DNA of 64,000 nucleotides, taken from assembly GCA_013239625.1 (NCBI GenBank), contig MU054220.1, positions 4,709,328-4,773,327 of the forward strand, given 5' to 3'. This DNA is from Lama guanicoe (Eukaryota). This document shows positions 1-14,167 of the stretch, in pieces. The position numbers and the translations under genes were made by a program. Positions within the stretch are counted from its first letter, which is position 1; every line of letters starts with the position of its first letter. The notes below the pieces were generated by a model. The model did no database searches. It had not been told where the DNA came from and was given only the letters and a program-made list of their open reading frames with translations.

Positions 1-3000
1 TGAGGAAATCTCCAACTTGTACAGGTATTCCAAATTGCCTTCAAACCATTCTTATCAGGAGTTTCAGCAGGAAATGTTGCAGGAGCCTGGAGTAAGAAAA
101 CTTAGATTCAATTTCGTTTACTGTGTAACCCTTACACCAGTCACTGCAGCTCCCTCTGGTCCTGGTACATTACGTGGAAATAATAACTACAGGGTTGTTG
201 TGGGAATCATTTGAGATTACTTGCAAAGCAATTTGCAAATTAAGATGTCATCATTATGGTAAAATTTCATTAATTCAGCCTCCCCTAATTCAGAATGTGT
301 GAACATTATTGTCTAACCCGCTGTGTTTTTTCACATTATCTATAAAGTGATCATCACCTTCTTTCATATGACAGGCAATGAGAGGTATTGGAACACACCG
401 ATAAGCAGCAGCTCCCTGTTCCACAGCAAAATTATTCAACTGAATGTGCAAGATTAGGGGAGCCTTTTTACTCTATGAGCTCCATTCATGTGACAAGACT
501 GGAGTGTCAGCTATCATTAAAGCAAGCTTGGCAATCCTTCTACTGGAAGTTGGCTTGGTGGTGAGCAGTTACTGACAGTCATTACAGTAAAACCTATCTG
601 GGGAATGAGTTTTCCACATATGAGGAAGGCTAAGGGCACTTTAAAACTGGCATTTAAACTTCTAAAGGATACTGGACCCTTTCCTGGCCACTTTGAGAAA
701 CAGATACTAAAACTATACAATATGTCCTTAGCAATTTAGTGTCATCGACATAATCTGTGTTAGGGCTATAGGCACAGCTGAGACTATAGATAAGAGATAT
801 TGGATCAACCCACTTAGCTTGTAGCACCATCTACAGTGAAAAAGTCCTCCAGTCTAAATGTCCATGGAGGACTGGATCAAAAGCATGGCATAATGGTACC
901 CTCAGGGGCTATGGAGATGGGTGTCACTTCTTCCAGTGTTCAGGCTTTTGTACAGAGAGGGCTTTTTGCCCTATACGAGTTGTGGAAAAGAGTGATGAAG
1001 TCCAGTGCATCCTCGCTGTTACCACTCATCGCCTCTGTGTCCTCCTCACCAGTTTTTCTCTCTTAATTCACCCCTGGCAAATCTCTCCTATTCCCACTCC
1101 TATCACTGCTTTTCAACAACCCACCACAGACACATCCCCCATTTTCTGCCCTTTGCCACTGATTTTCTTGCCTTGCCATTCTCTAACGGGATGCATGACC
1201 TTGAGCAAGTTGTTACCTCTTCCAGTGTATTTCCCTAAGAGTTCAGCTGAAGAGGTCCCCAACAGCTCTTCCAGTTTTGTTATTCTAACATTATTCTCTT
1301 TTGCCTCCTAATGATTTTTCAATTTTCTCAAGTTTCTCACAAAATGGCCGACTAAACTTTTGTAGATTATCAACCACCTGCAGTATTCAGCTCTTTCCAT
1401 GAAGCAAACAAACCATATACTCAACGCTCTGCAGTTAACTTTCTGGCAGTGATTAAGGATATACATTGACCATTTGATGCCTTTACCACCAGATAGATTT
1501 TCCAGGGAATTCAGTTCAATGTCTCTAACAATTCAAAAAGCCTGAAGGTACTAGAAGGCTTAGGTTCATTTTTATCAGGCCTTTAAAATAACAAAACTAC
1601 ATTTCGGTCAACACATCCCAGAATTCAATTTTTTCACTAATTCATCTCAGCCTTACCAACTTCCAAAGTTTTACTGAAATTTTCACTGGAAAAAATCTTC
1701 TTTACTAAAAGAAAATCTACTTGTAACAATTTTATAAAGATTTGGGGATGGATAATAAATGTATTACCAAAATTCTATTAATATTGAAATGTTTATTAAA
1801 TGTGGCAGAGTGGTTAGTTTCCTATAGCAATTTCCTAAAATATGTATGCAAGAAAATTAGTTTATTTCCAGTACTACCCAAGAACATCTTTCTGCTCTCA
1901 CTGCATTTCACACTTTCAAAACTGTTATCCCAGCCCTGCTATAATTCTGTGACCAGCCTTTGTCTAGTCAGCCTTGGTTCAATTTCAGTCTAGCTTTGTA
2001 GGTGTCACTTGATGTGTTCAAACAAAGAGGAAAAAAGATGTACACGTTATTTTGCAAAACATAGCCAAAAAATACAAAACCAAAGCAAAACACCCCAGCC
2101 CCAATTGAAATATAATTCAAGGAAAATATGTTTATTCACTATATATTATTTATTGTACACTCTCAAGGGGCTTATAGTTTAGAACAGTCATGCATGCATG
2201 CACAGGCGCTCGTGCGCACACACACGCAAATGACTAAAAAGATAAAGCGTGAAAAAGTCCACAAAAAAAGAACAAAACAAGCACTATCAGTGTCCCAAAA
2301 GTATGTGATTGCTTCCTGCAAGGTGGGCAGCTGCAAGGTAAAATTTGTAATCTGGACTCTGAAAAGTAGGTAGGATTCCATGAACAGAAGGAGTAAGAAG
2401 AGTGCACAGAAGAAAGAGCACTCCAGGTAGGGTGAAATCAACATTCAGCAACCACTGAAACTACTAAATGTCTCTGCAAAAGCAAAAAGACACAGAAATG
2501 GAAAGAAGTAGGTAAGTACAGGCATATCTGAGACACAGAAAGTCACTCAGGGAAAAGTCCAAGGGAGAATGCATAAAGGGCCACATGAGGACGAGACCAA
2601 AAATAGACTTAAGAACATGATCAGAAAGGGCCAAGGGGCATGACATTTGCATAGACATTGGGAAACTCTGAAGTTTCCATGTAAGGGGTAATCTGGAGAT
2701 GTTTTCAAACCAAAGTGTAAGATTTGGTAGGGAGGCGATATATCAGGGGAACTAAGAGGAAGGTATGGATGAGAGAGAAGCTGAGATGGCAGATGCAGTG
2801 AGATATGACAATTTTCTGTCTAGACACGGAAAGAAAAGTGTGAGTCAGCGTGACTCAAAGATGAGGGAGCAAACTGGCCACTTGCTGCATCTGGCGAAAA
2901 TGGCGCAATTTATTTGGCCCACAGAATGAACTTGAGAAATGTGCGTCAACCTTAAAAAACTAAGAAACTTTCCAGGGGAGAATCTACATTTGTGATTTCT

Positions 3001-3639
3001 CGTGAAACATCCCAGAAGACGAGGCCAATGTCTCTGAAGGCTAATGGCTGACTGAGTAGTGGCCATGGTGAGTAGTTCCGACTTATCACCCAACAGCGTC
3101 CAGACGTGCATTTACACCTGGTCCATGCCGCTCATTTACTCTGCCTGCCCAGACATCTAAATTTGTCATCCTGATTTAGTGGCTGGTTGACTCTAAAATT
3201 AGCAAAAATAAGGAGTCCAGAACAGGTTGGGGAGAACAAAAAAGCTGAGTTTTAGCCATGTTAGGGCTAAGATCTTTGAAAACCATCCCAACCAGAAGGG
3301 AATATGCAGTAAGTTGTTAGAAATTTGAGAAGAGGTCTGGGAAAAAGAAGATGGATATAGACAGAAATAAGAATTATCCCCACAAATAAAAGTGATAGCA
3401 GATAAATGATGGCAGTATCAGCTAGCACTTACATACAGTTTACTAGAAATGCCAGATACTGTTCTGAGAATTTCATACCCATTAACTCATTCAATCATCA
3501 CTTCAGATCCGATCTGACAGATGGGGAAACTGAGGCACACAGAAGCTAAGGTGATACAGACTGTAACTGGCCGAGCTGGGAATCAGAAGCGGGAAGTCTA
3601 GTTCCAGAGTCTGCTACGAGAACTTCTTCCTGAGGTTAT

Positions 3640-4460
3640 AGTCCATATTTCGGTTTTAGGCAGGCTGTGTTCTAGGTGCTTGAGATACATAAGTGAACAA
3701 AAAAAGACAGAGCTCTGTCTTCGTGGTAGTCCCATTCTGACAGGTAGACAGACAAGAAACATCATAAATAAGCAAAGTGTACAGGATGGGAGACAGTGAC
3801 AAGTGCTGTGACAAAAAGGACAAGTATGGCAGGGATCAGAAGAGGGGTGTAGGAGATCAGAGGAGGGAAGGTTTCACTGAGAAGGTGGTATCTGAGCGAA
3901 GACGAGAAGAAAGTAAGAAGACTTAGCCACATGGACACCTGGAGGAAGAGCATTCAGGAAGAGGGCATAACCAAAGGCCAAGGCAGTGATGCCAAGCACA
4001 CTCGAGGAAGCGAGTTCAAGGACGAAGGGCGTGTGGCTAGGAGGGAGGGAGAGAGGCGAAACCTGGGCAGAGAGGACATCAGAAGCAAAAGAAGGCAGGA
4101 GGCAGGTGGTCAAAAGTCTTGTCAACCACAGGAAGAATTCTGGGTTTTCATCTGAACAGGATGAGAAGACATTAGTGGGATCTCTGCAGAGGATCACATG
4201 GTCTGACCTGAGCTTTTCAAGGTTCACTGACTGCTCTGTAAGAATCAATCATAGGGAAGCCAAGGTGGAATCAGAGAGACAAGAGGCTGCTACTATATCG
4301 AAGCAAGAGATTTTGGTGGCTTGCACCAGAGTGCTAGAAGGAACTGGATTATGGATATTTTGAAGTTAGAGTCAGTAAGATTTCCTAACAGACTCTGTAT
4401 ATGGGGTGAGAGAGGCATCGAAGATGACTCAAGGTTTTTTAAAAAAGCAATTGAAAAGTT
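3640..4460 (-). mobile_element. L2 fragment
   Basis: tgttctaggtgcttgagatacataagtgaacaa and aggatcacatggtctgacc motifs of reverse L2. Confidence 0.75.
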
Positions 4461-6061
4461 GACTATAACCAGATTTTTTGAAGTCCATCATATCTTAAGT
4501 TCACTAAGGGGAACCATATTTCAAGGAAGCACTTGGTAAATCTGTTCACAAAGCAAGGAATTCTCCTGCAGTATATTAATCACCTCCTAACTGATCAGCT
4601 CATAACTTCAGATTTCCAATAGTTTATCTGCTGAGTGAACTACATTATTTCTCGGTTCCAGCAATCCTTTCTCATCAAATAAGAGTAACATATACAAATA
4701 AAAGATGTTCTTAAACATGTTACTTGGTATCCACAAAAACACACAAAGGTTACACTAGAGCCTCATTTGCCTCTCATTTCATTGTCATACTAACCCTGAA
4801 AAGTATCAGCCCCAATTAATAGATGAAGGAAGTTATGCTCAGAAGTTAATGATCTTTGCCCAAGGTCAAAGAGCTTAGCAAGTAGCAAAGCTCATATTGG
4901 CTACACTGATCCCAAAGCCAGTCTTTCCAGACAGTGCTACTGCTCCCCAACATAATACTCCTGAGAGGCAGTAACTGCTCAGAATCTTCAGTTTTCTAGC
5001 CTTTCCTCCTTTCTCCCAATGACTAGATCATTTAAATAGAAATAACTTCACTTAATAGTGGTAAGGATAACTTTTCAGACACTGATAGTCTCCCTGGAAT
5101 TGCCAGTGAGACACAGGGCAAACACGTTGTTTCACTTGACAAAATGAATAATAAAGCAAAGCGTTCCCTCTGATGCCCATGTATGGCAGGCTTCTCAACT
5201 CTCACACCATGGTGCTATGGAGTGACCTTGAGAAAGCAGTAACCCAGTTTCAGGGTTCATTCAACAATGCTATCACTCAGCCTCTGGTAAGAGCAGAACT
5301 TCCCACACCATGGTGATTAGATTTCTCCCCAGGGAGAAATACCCTCTGAAAGATGATAATCAGAAAGTGCACAAAAACGGCCTCCCTTACTATTAAGTAT
5401 GAATTTGCATTTTTAAAGGCAATTTTTACTGAGATTATCTGAATAACTCACACTGGTCTATCTCTGTGGCAATGGAACAACTTCAGGGAGACTAGAGAAA
5501 GAAAGACTTCTGCTTAAAGTTGCAACTCAGCATTACCCTTCTGCTTAAAATCCCCACAACTGTATTCTGTGTTCTGAAATGAAAAAGCCCTGCTCACTGG
5601 CCCCTTCTCCCCTCTCCTCTCCCATCTTACACGAGGCCTTGTTTTATGGGAGCCCTGCTCTCTTTTGCCTCAGGGGCCTCGCACCTGCTGTTCCCACTAC
5701 TCTTTCTGCTACTCTTCACCTCCCTTCAGATCTCAGCTCATCCGTCGCTTCCCCAGGGTGGCTCTCTGACCTTCATTCACAAGCTCTGGTAGAACCAAGT
5801 GTGTCTGCTTTCCACCACCTAACAGGGCAGTTTGTTCCTGACTCATGTTTGCCATCCCACTGGTCTGTTACAAGTCCATGACCAGTGCTCAGGAGGACAA
5901 ACGAACAGTGTTGGAGCACACCCTCCATCAAGATGGTGAAGGCTTTATCCTTCCTGACTCCCAGCCTCAATCACAATCTATCCCAGAAGGCTGAGGTACA
6001 CATATTTTAATATTTTTATTTGCATGAAAGAGGAGGAGAGAAATGGAATAAAGGACTGTAC

Positions 6062-6417
6062 TGTAGACTAAATTCATATGTGAAAGACAAAATGTGTCTG
6101 TTGCAATCCTAACCCGCAATGTGATGGTATTAGGAGGTGGGGTCTTTGGGGTGTGATTCGGTCATGAGGGTGGAACCCTAACAAATGGTATTAGTGCCCT
6201 TATAAGTGACCCCAGAGAGCACCCTGGCCCCTTCTGTCCTGTGAAGACACAGCAAGAGGACAGCTATCTATAAACCAGGAAGCAGTTCCTCACCAGGCGC
6301 CAAATCTGCCAGCACCTTGACCTTGGATACCCCAGCCTCCAGAACTCTTTGAAGTAAATGTTTGTTGTTTCAGCCACCTGGTCTACAGAATTTTTGTTAC
6401 AGCAGCCCAAAGACACA
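6062..6417 (+). mobile_element. MLT1A-like MaLR LTR
   Basis: aatgtgatggtattaggaggtgggg...cccagcctccagaact...tttgttacagcagccc. Confidence 0.8.
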
Positions 6418-6772
6418 CTATTTAGAAACAACAACAACTTTTTTTTTAAACTTATCCTTATCTATAGATGGCTATTACTGGCATTGGAATTGATCTATTC
6501 AAATCCACTTACCCATATATTCTGCTCACTAACTAAATCTTTCAATAAATTTTTGCTGAAATTCAAAGAAATAAGTGATCCTCAACCAACAAAAACAAAC
6601 AAAAAATTAGTTTTGAAACTCAACACTCTCAATTGCTGTAGCAAAGGTAATCTCAGTTTTCTAAAGATCCAGTCACCTTGATATTAGCTTTTTCTTACTA
6701 AGCCTTCATCTTGTCAATTAGCTCAAGTGATTAGAATATAATGCTACTAAGGTTAATAACATTACGAATAAC

Positions 6773-6922
6773 GGGGGGAGGGTATAGCTCAAGTGGTAGA
6801 GTGCATGCTTAGCATGCACAAGGTCCTAGGTTCAATCCCCAGTACCTCCTCTAAAAAATAAACAAACCTAATTACCTCCCCTCACCCACACACAGAAAAA
6901 TTAAAATTAAAAACATAATAAT
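6773..6922 (+). mobile_element. Camelid tRNA-derived SINE (Vic-1 type)
   Basis: GGGGAGGGTATAGCTCAAGTGGTAGAG (A box)...GGTTCAATCCCC (B box), A-rich tail, degenerate TSD aa(c/t)attac(g/t)aataac. Confidence 0.85.
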
Positions 6923-7599
6923 AATATTACTAATAACAATAAGTGATTAAACATTTACCTACCAGGCACTGCACCATCTGTTTTACATAGAATAAGTATT
7001 CTCATTTATCCTTCACAACAATCCTATGAAACAGGTACCAGTATTAGTCCCATTTTGCAGGAGGAAAGTGAGGCTCAGAGAGGTTTACTCCCTTACTCAA
7101 AGTTACACTCTAGTAAGTAGAGAAGCTAGAATCCAAGTCTAGGTTTGAGCCTCCAAAATCTCAGGTTTGACCCATAAATAGGAAACTTATTATTGCACAG
7201 AAAGGAGGAGGAAGAACAGGGGAGCAGGGGGAGCAGGAGACAATGGAGGCTGCTGTAAGGGTGGAGGGAAAGATATTCTAACTCAGAGTACAAAGGCTGA
7301 ATTTCTAATTCCGGGAAACCATCCTCTCTGGTTTTTCCTCCAAATAAGACCAGGGCATGTTTTAGGTCTGATTGTCCAGCTGCATCTGCTCCCTCTGACA
7401 CAGCTTGAGCCCCAGCACTTTAAGGTTGCCCTGCTAACTCCAATCTGGAGATCGTGTTCCATTTAGGCCTACATGAAGAATCTTAAGAATAACAAGTATA
7501 AATATAAACTACCAAGTTAACACAGATCATTACATAATACTTAAACTATTTAAGATGTTTAACGAACATCAGTATTAGAAGTAAGCAATGCCTCCCTAG

Positions 7600-8143
7600 T
7601 GAAACAGAGTCCCCCTAAAACTGAGTTCCCTTATTGAGTTTATGATTAATCTTTCTATCCAAAACTTTATTCCTTTTCTTGTGCCCTCTGATTTCAATCC
7701 TGTGCTAGTTAAACACTAATCAATCAGAGTCAGGTGGCTAAAACTGCTGTTGTTGATAACATCATTAATACACTAAAATTACTGCTGTGGATATCGCCAT
7801 TAACACACAAACTCAGCTTGTTTCTCCAGTGCAAGATGAGCTAACAGACCCCAGAGCCATGGACCACCTAGCCTAAGAATCATAAACCAGAGACATCCTG
7901 ATTCCCAAAACTAAGATTAAGAGATGTCACAGAAATATCACTAGATGATGATGAATCCCAGCCTCTTTGTTCTTCCACTTTAAAAAAATCGAAACAAAAC
8001 CCTAACTCAAAGACCAAGGTGGACTAGATCTGAGACTTGTCTCTCACTCCCTTGCTTGGTTGCCCTGCTTACTTTGCTGCAAACACCTGCTGTCAGCATT
8101 CAGCTTTCTGCAACCCCAGCTCAAGAGCCCTTGCTAGGTTACA
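7600..8143 (+). mobile_element. Probable ERV solo LTR
   Basis: TG...CA ends with near-TSD ctag/cttg; LTR-like composition. Confidence 0.5.
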
Positions 8144-9779
8144 CTTGAACTGCCTGCTCCTAGCATTTACTCAAAGACGGTTGCACCAGATTAAGATAGC
8201 AGTTTTGTAGGGAGTTTGTAGGAAAAAAAACCCATTAGTATTACCTATATACAAAAGTTAATTCTAAAATCCTAACTTTAGTTGAACAAATTATCAACCT
8301 ATTTTTAGTAACAATTTAACACCATTAATAATTGTTCAAGTGCCATCTCTACTGGTTTGTTATCCAGATTATTTCAGTTTTTCAAAGATTCCTTGAATTT
8401 GGCGAGATAGAGGAAGAAGTATTTTAAAATCCAGGCCACATGTAAGTAATGTTACAAATAATTAGATCACTTCTTCTGCTTAAGTATTTTTAAAACAGAG
8501 ACATTTCCCAGCAATCCAGCGTAAAGTGAACTGGACAATAGTTCCCTTTATGATAGTTATTACCATTAAGTCTTTGCTTACAAATTACAAAACTTAGTTA
8601 TCTGAAGTAAGATTTCCTAAGGCACTGGAGTCTTATGCAACTATTTCAAAAGTCCACAAGCAAGTTTTCCAAACATTATAGCCAAGACTGAGGCAAGTTA
8701 ATAGAGAAATTATAATCTTGAATATAGTCAAATTGAGCATTTCTCTTGCTTTTTCAAAGATCAAAAACAGTGACTTTTAAAATACGTATTATAATGTTAA
8801 TAGCTGCTTCACATATTCATTCCTACTTGAGACATTTTCTCCCAAAAGGTCAACTTATTTTGTTTTTCCTACTAGTTGTTCAAACGTTTTTGAGTTTATA
8901 AAGAATATGGAGTAACATTATTTGAGTACCTTATTTGAGCCTAGTCTGAAAGCAACCCCTAACTAGCCTAAAATTCAATAAAATACTTCATGAAGTGAAC
9001 ATGCAATTACAAAACTGCAGAATGAATAATTACATCGGAGAAAACACAGCATATCACTTGGCTTTAAAAAAAAAGCTAAAAGAAATGAAAAATAAGAAAA
9101 GCAAATCAACAACAACAACGAAAAGAACGCATAACTTTCCTGCTGTTAATTTTCTCAACTTCTCCAATCTGGCCTTTCTTCTCCATTTTCAAAGTCCTCC
9201 GACTACACGGAACAGGATCCATTTGTTTAGCTTACTCTTTGCGGGAATACTTTATCCTGCAAATGTCCTTCTGCAAAGAGTATTACTGATTTCTACATGA
9301 AGAGTTACCGTTTTGCAGGAGCAAGAGTTCTTGCTACTCATAAGGACTTCAGAACAGTTTAGCAAGGATTTAAAAAAGGAGAAGGGGAGATCTAGTAAAT
9401 TATAATGGAATAGGCCGAATCCAATCAGAAAGCCTTCTGAAATGCTATGTCCTCTTCCTCCACCCTCACCCGCCCAAAGGCAACAGAAAGCTTTTCATCC
9501 TTAACACAGGGCCAATATTCAAGCCAAAAACTTTATTTTAAACCCACTCTTAAGGGGCGAGGCAAGGTGAATAGAATGTGACTCGAGAGAGCAACAAGGC
9601 GACTAACTCCGGGTCGTGAACCTGGAAAGGCTCAAAGGACACATGCTCCAAGGAGTTAAGGCCCGATTTCTCCCCCATCCACCAAGTGGCACTGAGATTC
9701 GCTGAGTTTAGCCAACAATGCATTTGGCATTTAAAAACTCCACAAGTCTAAGCAAGCCAGAAGATGGCTTAGGGGATAG

Positions 9780-10660
9780 GTGGGAACGCGCGACGCAGTA
9801 GCCTCAGGAAGGCGGAGAGGAAACCTGGGGACGCGAAGGCCAAGCGCTGGGCCCGGAATGGGTTAGCGCGGACCAGGCCAGGCCTGGAGCCACGCGAGCA
9901 GCCGCAGGAGCGAGGACGGGGCGGGGGGGGGTTGGCAGTGGATCCGACTCACCTGCCCATTCACCGAGCCTGGGTCCGACCCCCTCGTCGTGACCCAAAC
10001 CCCAGACCCGAAGGGCCGTGAGGAGCGAGCACGAGATGCGCAGGGCCACGTAGGCTACAGTGCCCGCGCCCACCCAGTACAGGAAGCCGGCAGCAGGCAG
10101 AGCGCTCTCCATGGCTTTCAACCAGGCCTCACTACCTCCGTAAATGAAAAAAAAATGAATGAATGAATCCAGGAAGAGGCTCCGGCCGTGACGGTGAGGA
10201 CGACAGTAATAGGCGCTGCTCCTACTCTGCTTTTGGCCCAAACCCCGCCCAAGGCACCATATTCGTGCCGCCATTGGTGATCTATCGTTCTCTCTGCGCG
10301 TAGTGCGTCAGCCATTGGCTAACTCTAGTTTCTCTGGCCCGCCCATTACCCCCATTGCTGTCACTCAGCCGCGTTTCCGTTCTAAGGCAGTGGATCTCTC
10401 ACCTGCCAATCAAGCTTCAGCCTAGCCCAACACGTCACCACGCCCCCAGGATTCCGCCAGAGGGCGGTACCTCTCACCCCACCAAGTCGTCCAGGTCTCT
10501 CATTGGCTGAAGTGGTCCTCGCGACGACGGAAGATTGCGCTCCGATTGGCCAATCAGACCCAATTTGGTTTGAGCTCGAGTTTGAAGAGGGAATGGGATC
10601 GGAGACGCCACTACGGAGTGGGAAGATTGTAGTCAGAAGCGGACGTGGAGCCATGGTTTT
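9780..10660 (-). promoter_or_regulatory. CpG island / HSD17B12 promoter with multiple CCAAT (NF-Y) boxes, an SRE-like site, and YY1-like and CTCF-like motifs
   Basis: CpG-rich. ATTGG/CCAAT near 10273, 10314, 10406, 10502, 10545-10554 (ATTGGCCAAT) and 10560. CTCACCCCAC at 10473-10482 (SRE-1 is ATCACCCCAC), GCCGCCATT at 10267-10275, CCGCCAGAGGGCGG at 10454-10467. Confidence 0.85.
9953..10112 (-). CDS. HSD17B12: Very-long-chain 3-oxoacyl-CoA reductase (17-beta-HSD12), coding part of exon 1; the gene continues leftwards out of the window
   Basis: Translates MESALPAAGFLYWVGAGTVAYVALRISCSLLTALRVWGLGHDEGVGPRLGEWA, which matches the mammalian HSD17B12 N-terminus. ATG in Kozak context (GCCATGG) at 10112; 160 nt (53 codons + 1) ending at donor CAG|GTGAGT; lies in a CpG island. 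No second exon recognised in 1-9952. Confidence 0.97.
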
Positions 10661-11829
10661 ATTTTCACATCTTTATTAAACAGTTCTGTATGATTGTTAA
10701 GTGCGCTGTCATTGTTTCCATAAACTTTCCAGATAAAGGCTTGCATCTCCTGTGTTTGTTCCCCACAACACGCCTTCGGTCCAGTTATACATCGTAAGGA
10801 GGGCCTTCTGTCAGGCTTCCCTCCCGCGCTGTGCATTAAACAAGCTCCCAGTGCCTTGGATTTAAAGGCAAATAACTTAATGGAGTCAAATGACTCTAAC
10901 ACACAATAGCATAAAAACCAAAAAATAAATATATTATGGGAATACAGCTTAATGAACAATTAGTTTGAGGAAGGACTCCATGTTTTAAGTGGATCTTAAA
11001 GTACTATAGAGATTTTTCTTTTTAATTTCCTTTTTTTTTTTTTTTTGCGGGGATAGGGGTGGAGGAGCTTGCAAGGGGGCACAAAAGTTTACAGTCCAAG
11101 TGGAGGTATGAAAACCACCTCAGCCAAGTTCCAGACGAGTAAGACCACAATGTAGGTTGAAGAAATTGTGTAATGCTAACAAGTGCTTCACACTTACTCT
11201 AATCCTCCCTTCAGGAGTTCCTGTTTCCTTTTCTGGCAATGGGTTTGGGATCATATAAGATAACTAAAGTTTTTCTTAGCCAGTAGGTGCTGCTGGTTCA
11301 AGACTTGAGAGTTTTTTAAAAGGCAGAAACTTGAGGATAATAATTCTAAGGGTCAACAGTTCAACCTTGAATCTAAAGTCATAATTTATAATATTTAGTT
11401 TAAGAGCCTTATCTCTCCCTGCCCAATCCCCTCCCTTTTTCTCTACTCCCTCTTATAGGATTAATTAGATATAACCCCAAGACTGTTACTGTTCTTCATA
11501 AACTGTCAATTGTTCAGCAGAATTCAGTCATGTGAGTTGATCTGGCACTATATTTTGGTTTAATTGGACTCACCACTTGTCTCCCTGAAGCCTGTTAATG
11601 GGGTTTGTTCTCCATGAAACAACAGAGTGTTGTTTTTTTCTTAATTGAAGTATATCTGATTGGCAATGCTGTGTTAGTTTCTGAACAGCATACTGGTTCA
11701 GTTATACATATATATATATATACACATACACATATATTCTTTTTCATTATAGGCTATTATAAGATATTGAATATAATTCTCCATGCTATACAGTAGGACC
11801 TGATTGTTTATCTATAGAGTGTTTTTTCT

Positions 11830-12500
11830 TTAAAGTAAATTAGGTATCATTTCTTTAGCTCAAATCCCTTCAAGAACTTTATATCACATTAAAAACAAAA
11901 TCCTCCGATGCTAGTTTATCTGCCCTGACCTCTCCAGCAGCATCAACTGTCTTCTGCTGTGCTCACTTGATTCCAGCTACACTTTTTTTTTTTAATTGAG
12001 GTACTGGGGATTGAAGCCAGGACCTCGCACATGCTAAGCATGGGCTCTACCACTGAGCTATTACCTCCCCCACCTGCCAGCCACACTTTTTGCAGTTCCT
12101 CAAATAAATCAAGTTTATTCCAGTCTCAAAGCAGTTCTACTTTCTTGTTCCCTCTCCCTGGAATTTCCTACTATTTCCCAAGACTCATTCCTTTACATTA
12201 TTTAGGTTTTTGCTTATATATCCTCCCACTTAAGAGTGGTTTTTACTGACAGTACTACATGAATAGATCAAATAACCTCATCTCCTTTGCCCTGTCACTG
12301 CTTATCCTTTTACCCTAATTTGTTTTCCTTATAATACTAATGCTTTCAAATTATTTAATTTTTGTCCATCTTCCCAATAGAACGTAAGTTCATGAGGACA
12401 GTGACTTTTCTTGTTCACCATTGTATCTTAACCTAAGATGTGAATCTAAGGGGACCTAATACTTAGTAGGTATTCAGTAAATACCTGTTGAATGAATAAA
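11830..12500 (+). mobile_element. L2 3' fragment, interrupted by a SINE
   Basis: Ends tagtaggtattcagtaaatacctgttgaatgaataaa. Confidence 0.7.
11983..12072 (-). mobile_element. Camelid tRNA-derived SINE, short form
   Basis: Reverse complement of the same head with poly-T; flanked by ccag(c)(t/c)acac repeats. Confidence 0.8.
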
Positions 12501-13065
12501 CAATGAATAAATAAATAAAAATAGTCTAGTAGGAGAGACAGACATTAAGCAAACATCCAACTAATTGCATGATAAAAATTGTAATAAGTAGAAAGACGAA
12601 AATAATAGGTTTAAGAGGACAGAGAGAGAACCTAATTTAGATGAGGAAAGGAGACTGAAAGGCCTTTCTAAAGAAATGACATTTGAACTGGGGTCTAAGG
12701 ATAAGCAGAAATTAATTTGGCAAAGAGTAGAGTGGTGTAGAGGAGAGAAAGAGCAACAAATCCCAGTTAATTGTTTGTTGTGGTTTTGAAGAACATACAA
12801 ATATGCCTCTAGCACCTACCATAGCATCTGATGTAAAATTAAACAGGCATTAAAAAATAATTGTTGTTTTTTTTAATAAATAAGAACAGGTACTATAGAA
12901 ATACACTTTCCACTGCTGTTAGAATTCATATTAAGTATGTTATTTTAACTCAAGGAATATTGAAGATTGAAACCATCTCATTTTGGTATCCACTTTTTTT
13001 CTGTGATTCTGGGCACTAATCATTCAGTTAACAGGAATAATCTTTATTAAAAATACACACATTTA

Positions 13066-13265
13066 GGGGGGAGGGTATAGCTCAAGTGGTAGAGCACTTG
13101 CTTAGCATGCATGAGGTCCTGGGTTCAAGCCACAGTACCTCCTCTAAAAATAAATAAACCTAGTTACCTCCCCCCACCAAAATAAAAAAAATAATAATTA
13201 AATAATAAATAAAACAGAAAGCTATTTAAAAAAAATTGGTGAACTAATAAAATGAACTAATTAAA
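13066..13265 (+). mobile_element. Camelid tRNA-derived SINE (Vic-1 type)
   Basis: Same head, A-rich tail, TSD acacacattta. Confidence 0.85.
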
Positions 13266-14167
13266 AAAAAACACACATTTATTTTGATCACCTTAGCTTC
13301 TTTTTAGGAATATTAACTATTCTATTGACTTAAAAAAAAAAAAACAGAGGCCTCACAGAGTAAAGTGGTATGTGCCAGAGTTAAGCCCTTTCTCATTCAG
13401 ACAGTTACACACTTTTAGAATTGAACAACGATCCTTCATTCCTGGATAAACTTTATAAACCACTGTAAACAGTAATACATACAGGAACCCATGATGGTCT
13501 GCTCCTACTCAGCAGCATTTTGTGCTAAAATTTAACATATAGAGCACAGTTCCCAGAGATTGGCAGAGCCATGCTGCCAAACATGAAAACCTTAATTGCT
13601 CTCCAAAGAGGGAGCAATACTGCAAAATTTTGCACTTTGGTGTTAGGGAAACCTGGGACCAGATCTCGCTTCTACCTCTTATTACTTGTATAATTTGGGG
13701 TGGATTTAGCTACTAAGCATTCAAATTCTACATCTGTAAAATTGGACAATACTACTTAAGCATTTAGCAGTGCTTGGCACAGAGATATTAAGTGTTCAGT
13801 GAGGTAGGTACTAATATCCATTTTACAGATGAGGAAAGTGAGGCTTAAAACATTTAAGTAACTTTCCTGTGGACACAGAGAAAGTAAGTGGAGAACTGGG
13901 ATTTCAATTAAAAAGATGTGGTTATGAAATCATTTCTCAATAACTAGATCAGAGAAGGCAGCATTTAAAAAATGCTTAAGGGAGAGTAGAACTGTCTGTA
14001 GAAGTATTTAGTTGTCACACAAATAACATATTCAGACACAACCACATTGGATTCCATTTTCATTTATTTAAAAGATTTAGAGTTCAAAATAATCTTTCAT
14101 GTGGAAAAATATGAATCAACAAAATTACAGCATATTAATATACAAATGTTCCCATTTAATTTTAATT

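Noticed and set aside
3762..4539. Several overlapping ORFs of 60-125 aa
   Set aside because: They lie within an L2 remnant.
6773..6850. tRNA-like A/B boxes here and at five other sites
   Set aside because: They are SINE heads with A-rich tails and TSDs, not tRNA genes.
10113..10274. In-frame upstream ATG giving a 54-aa N-terminal extension of HSD17B12 (track ORF 9804-10274)
   Set aside because: The ATG overlaps CCAAT/YY1-like promoter motifs and probably lies upstream of the TSS; the known protein starts at MESALP, and the ORF's tail is intron read-through.
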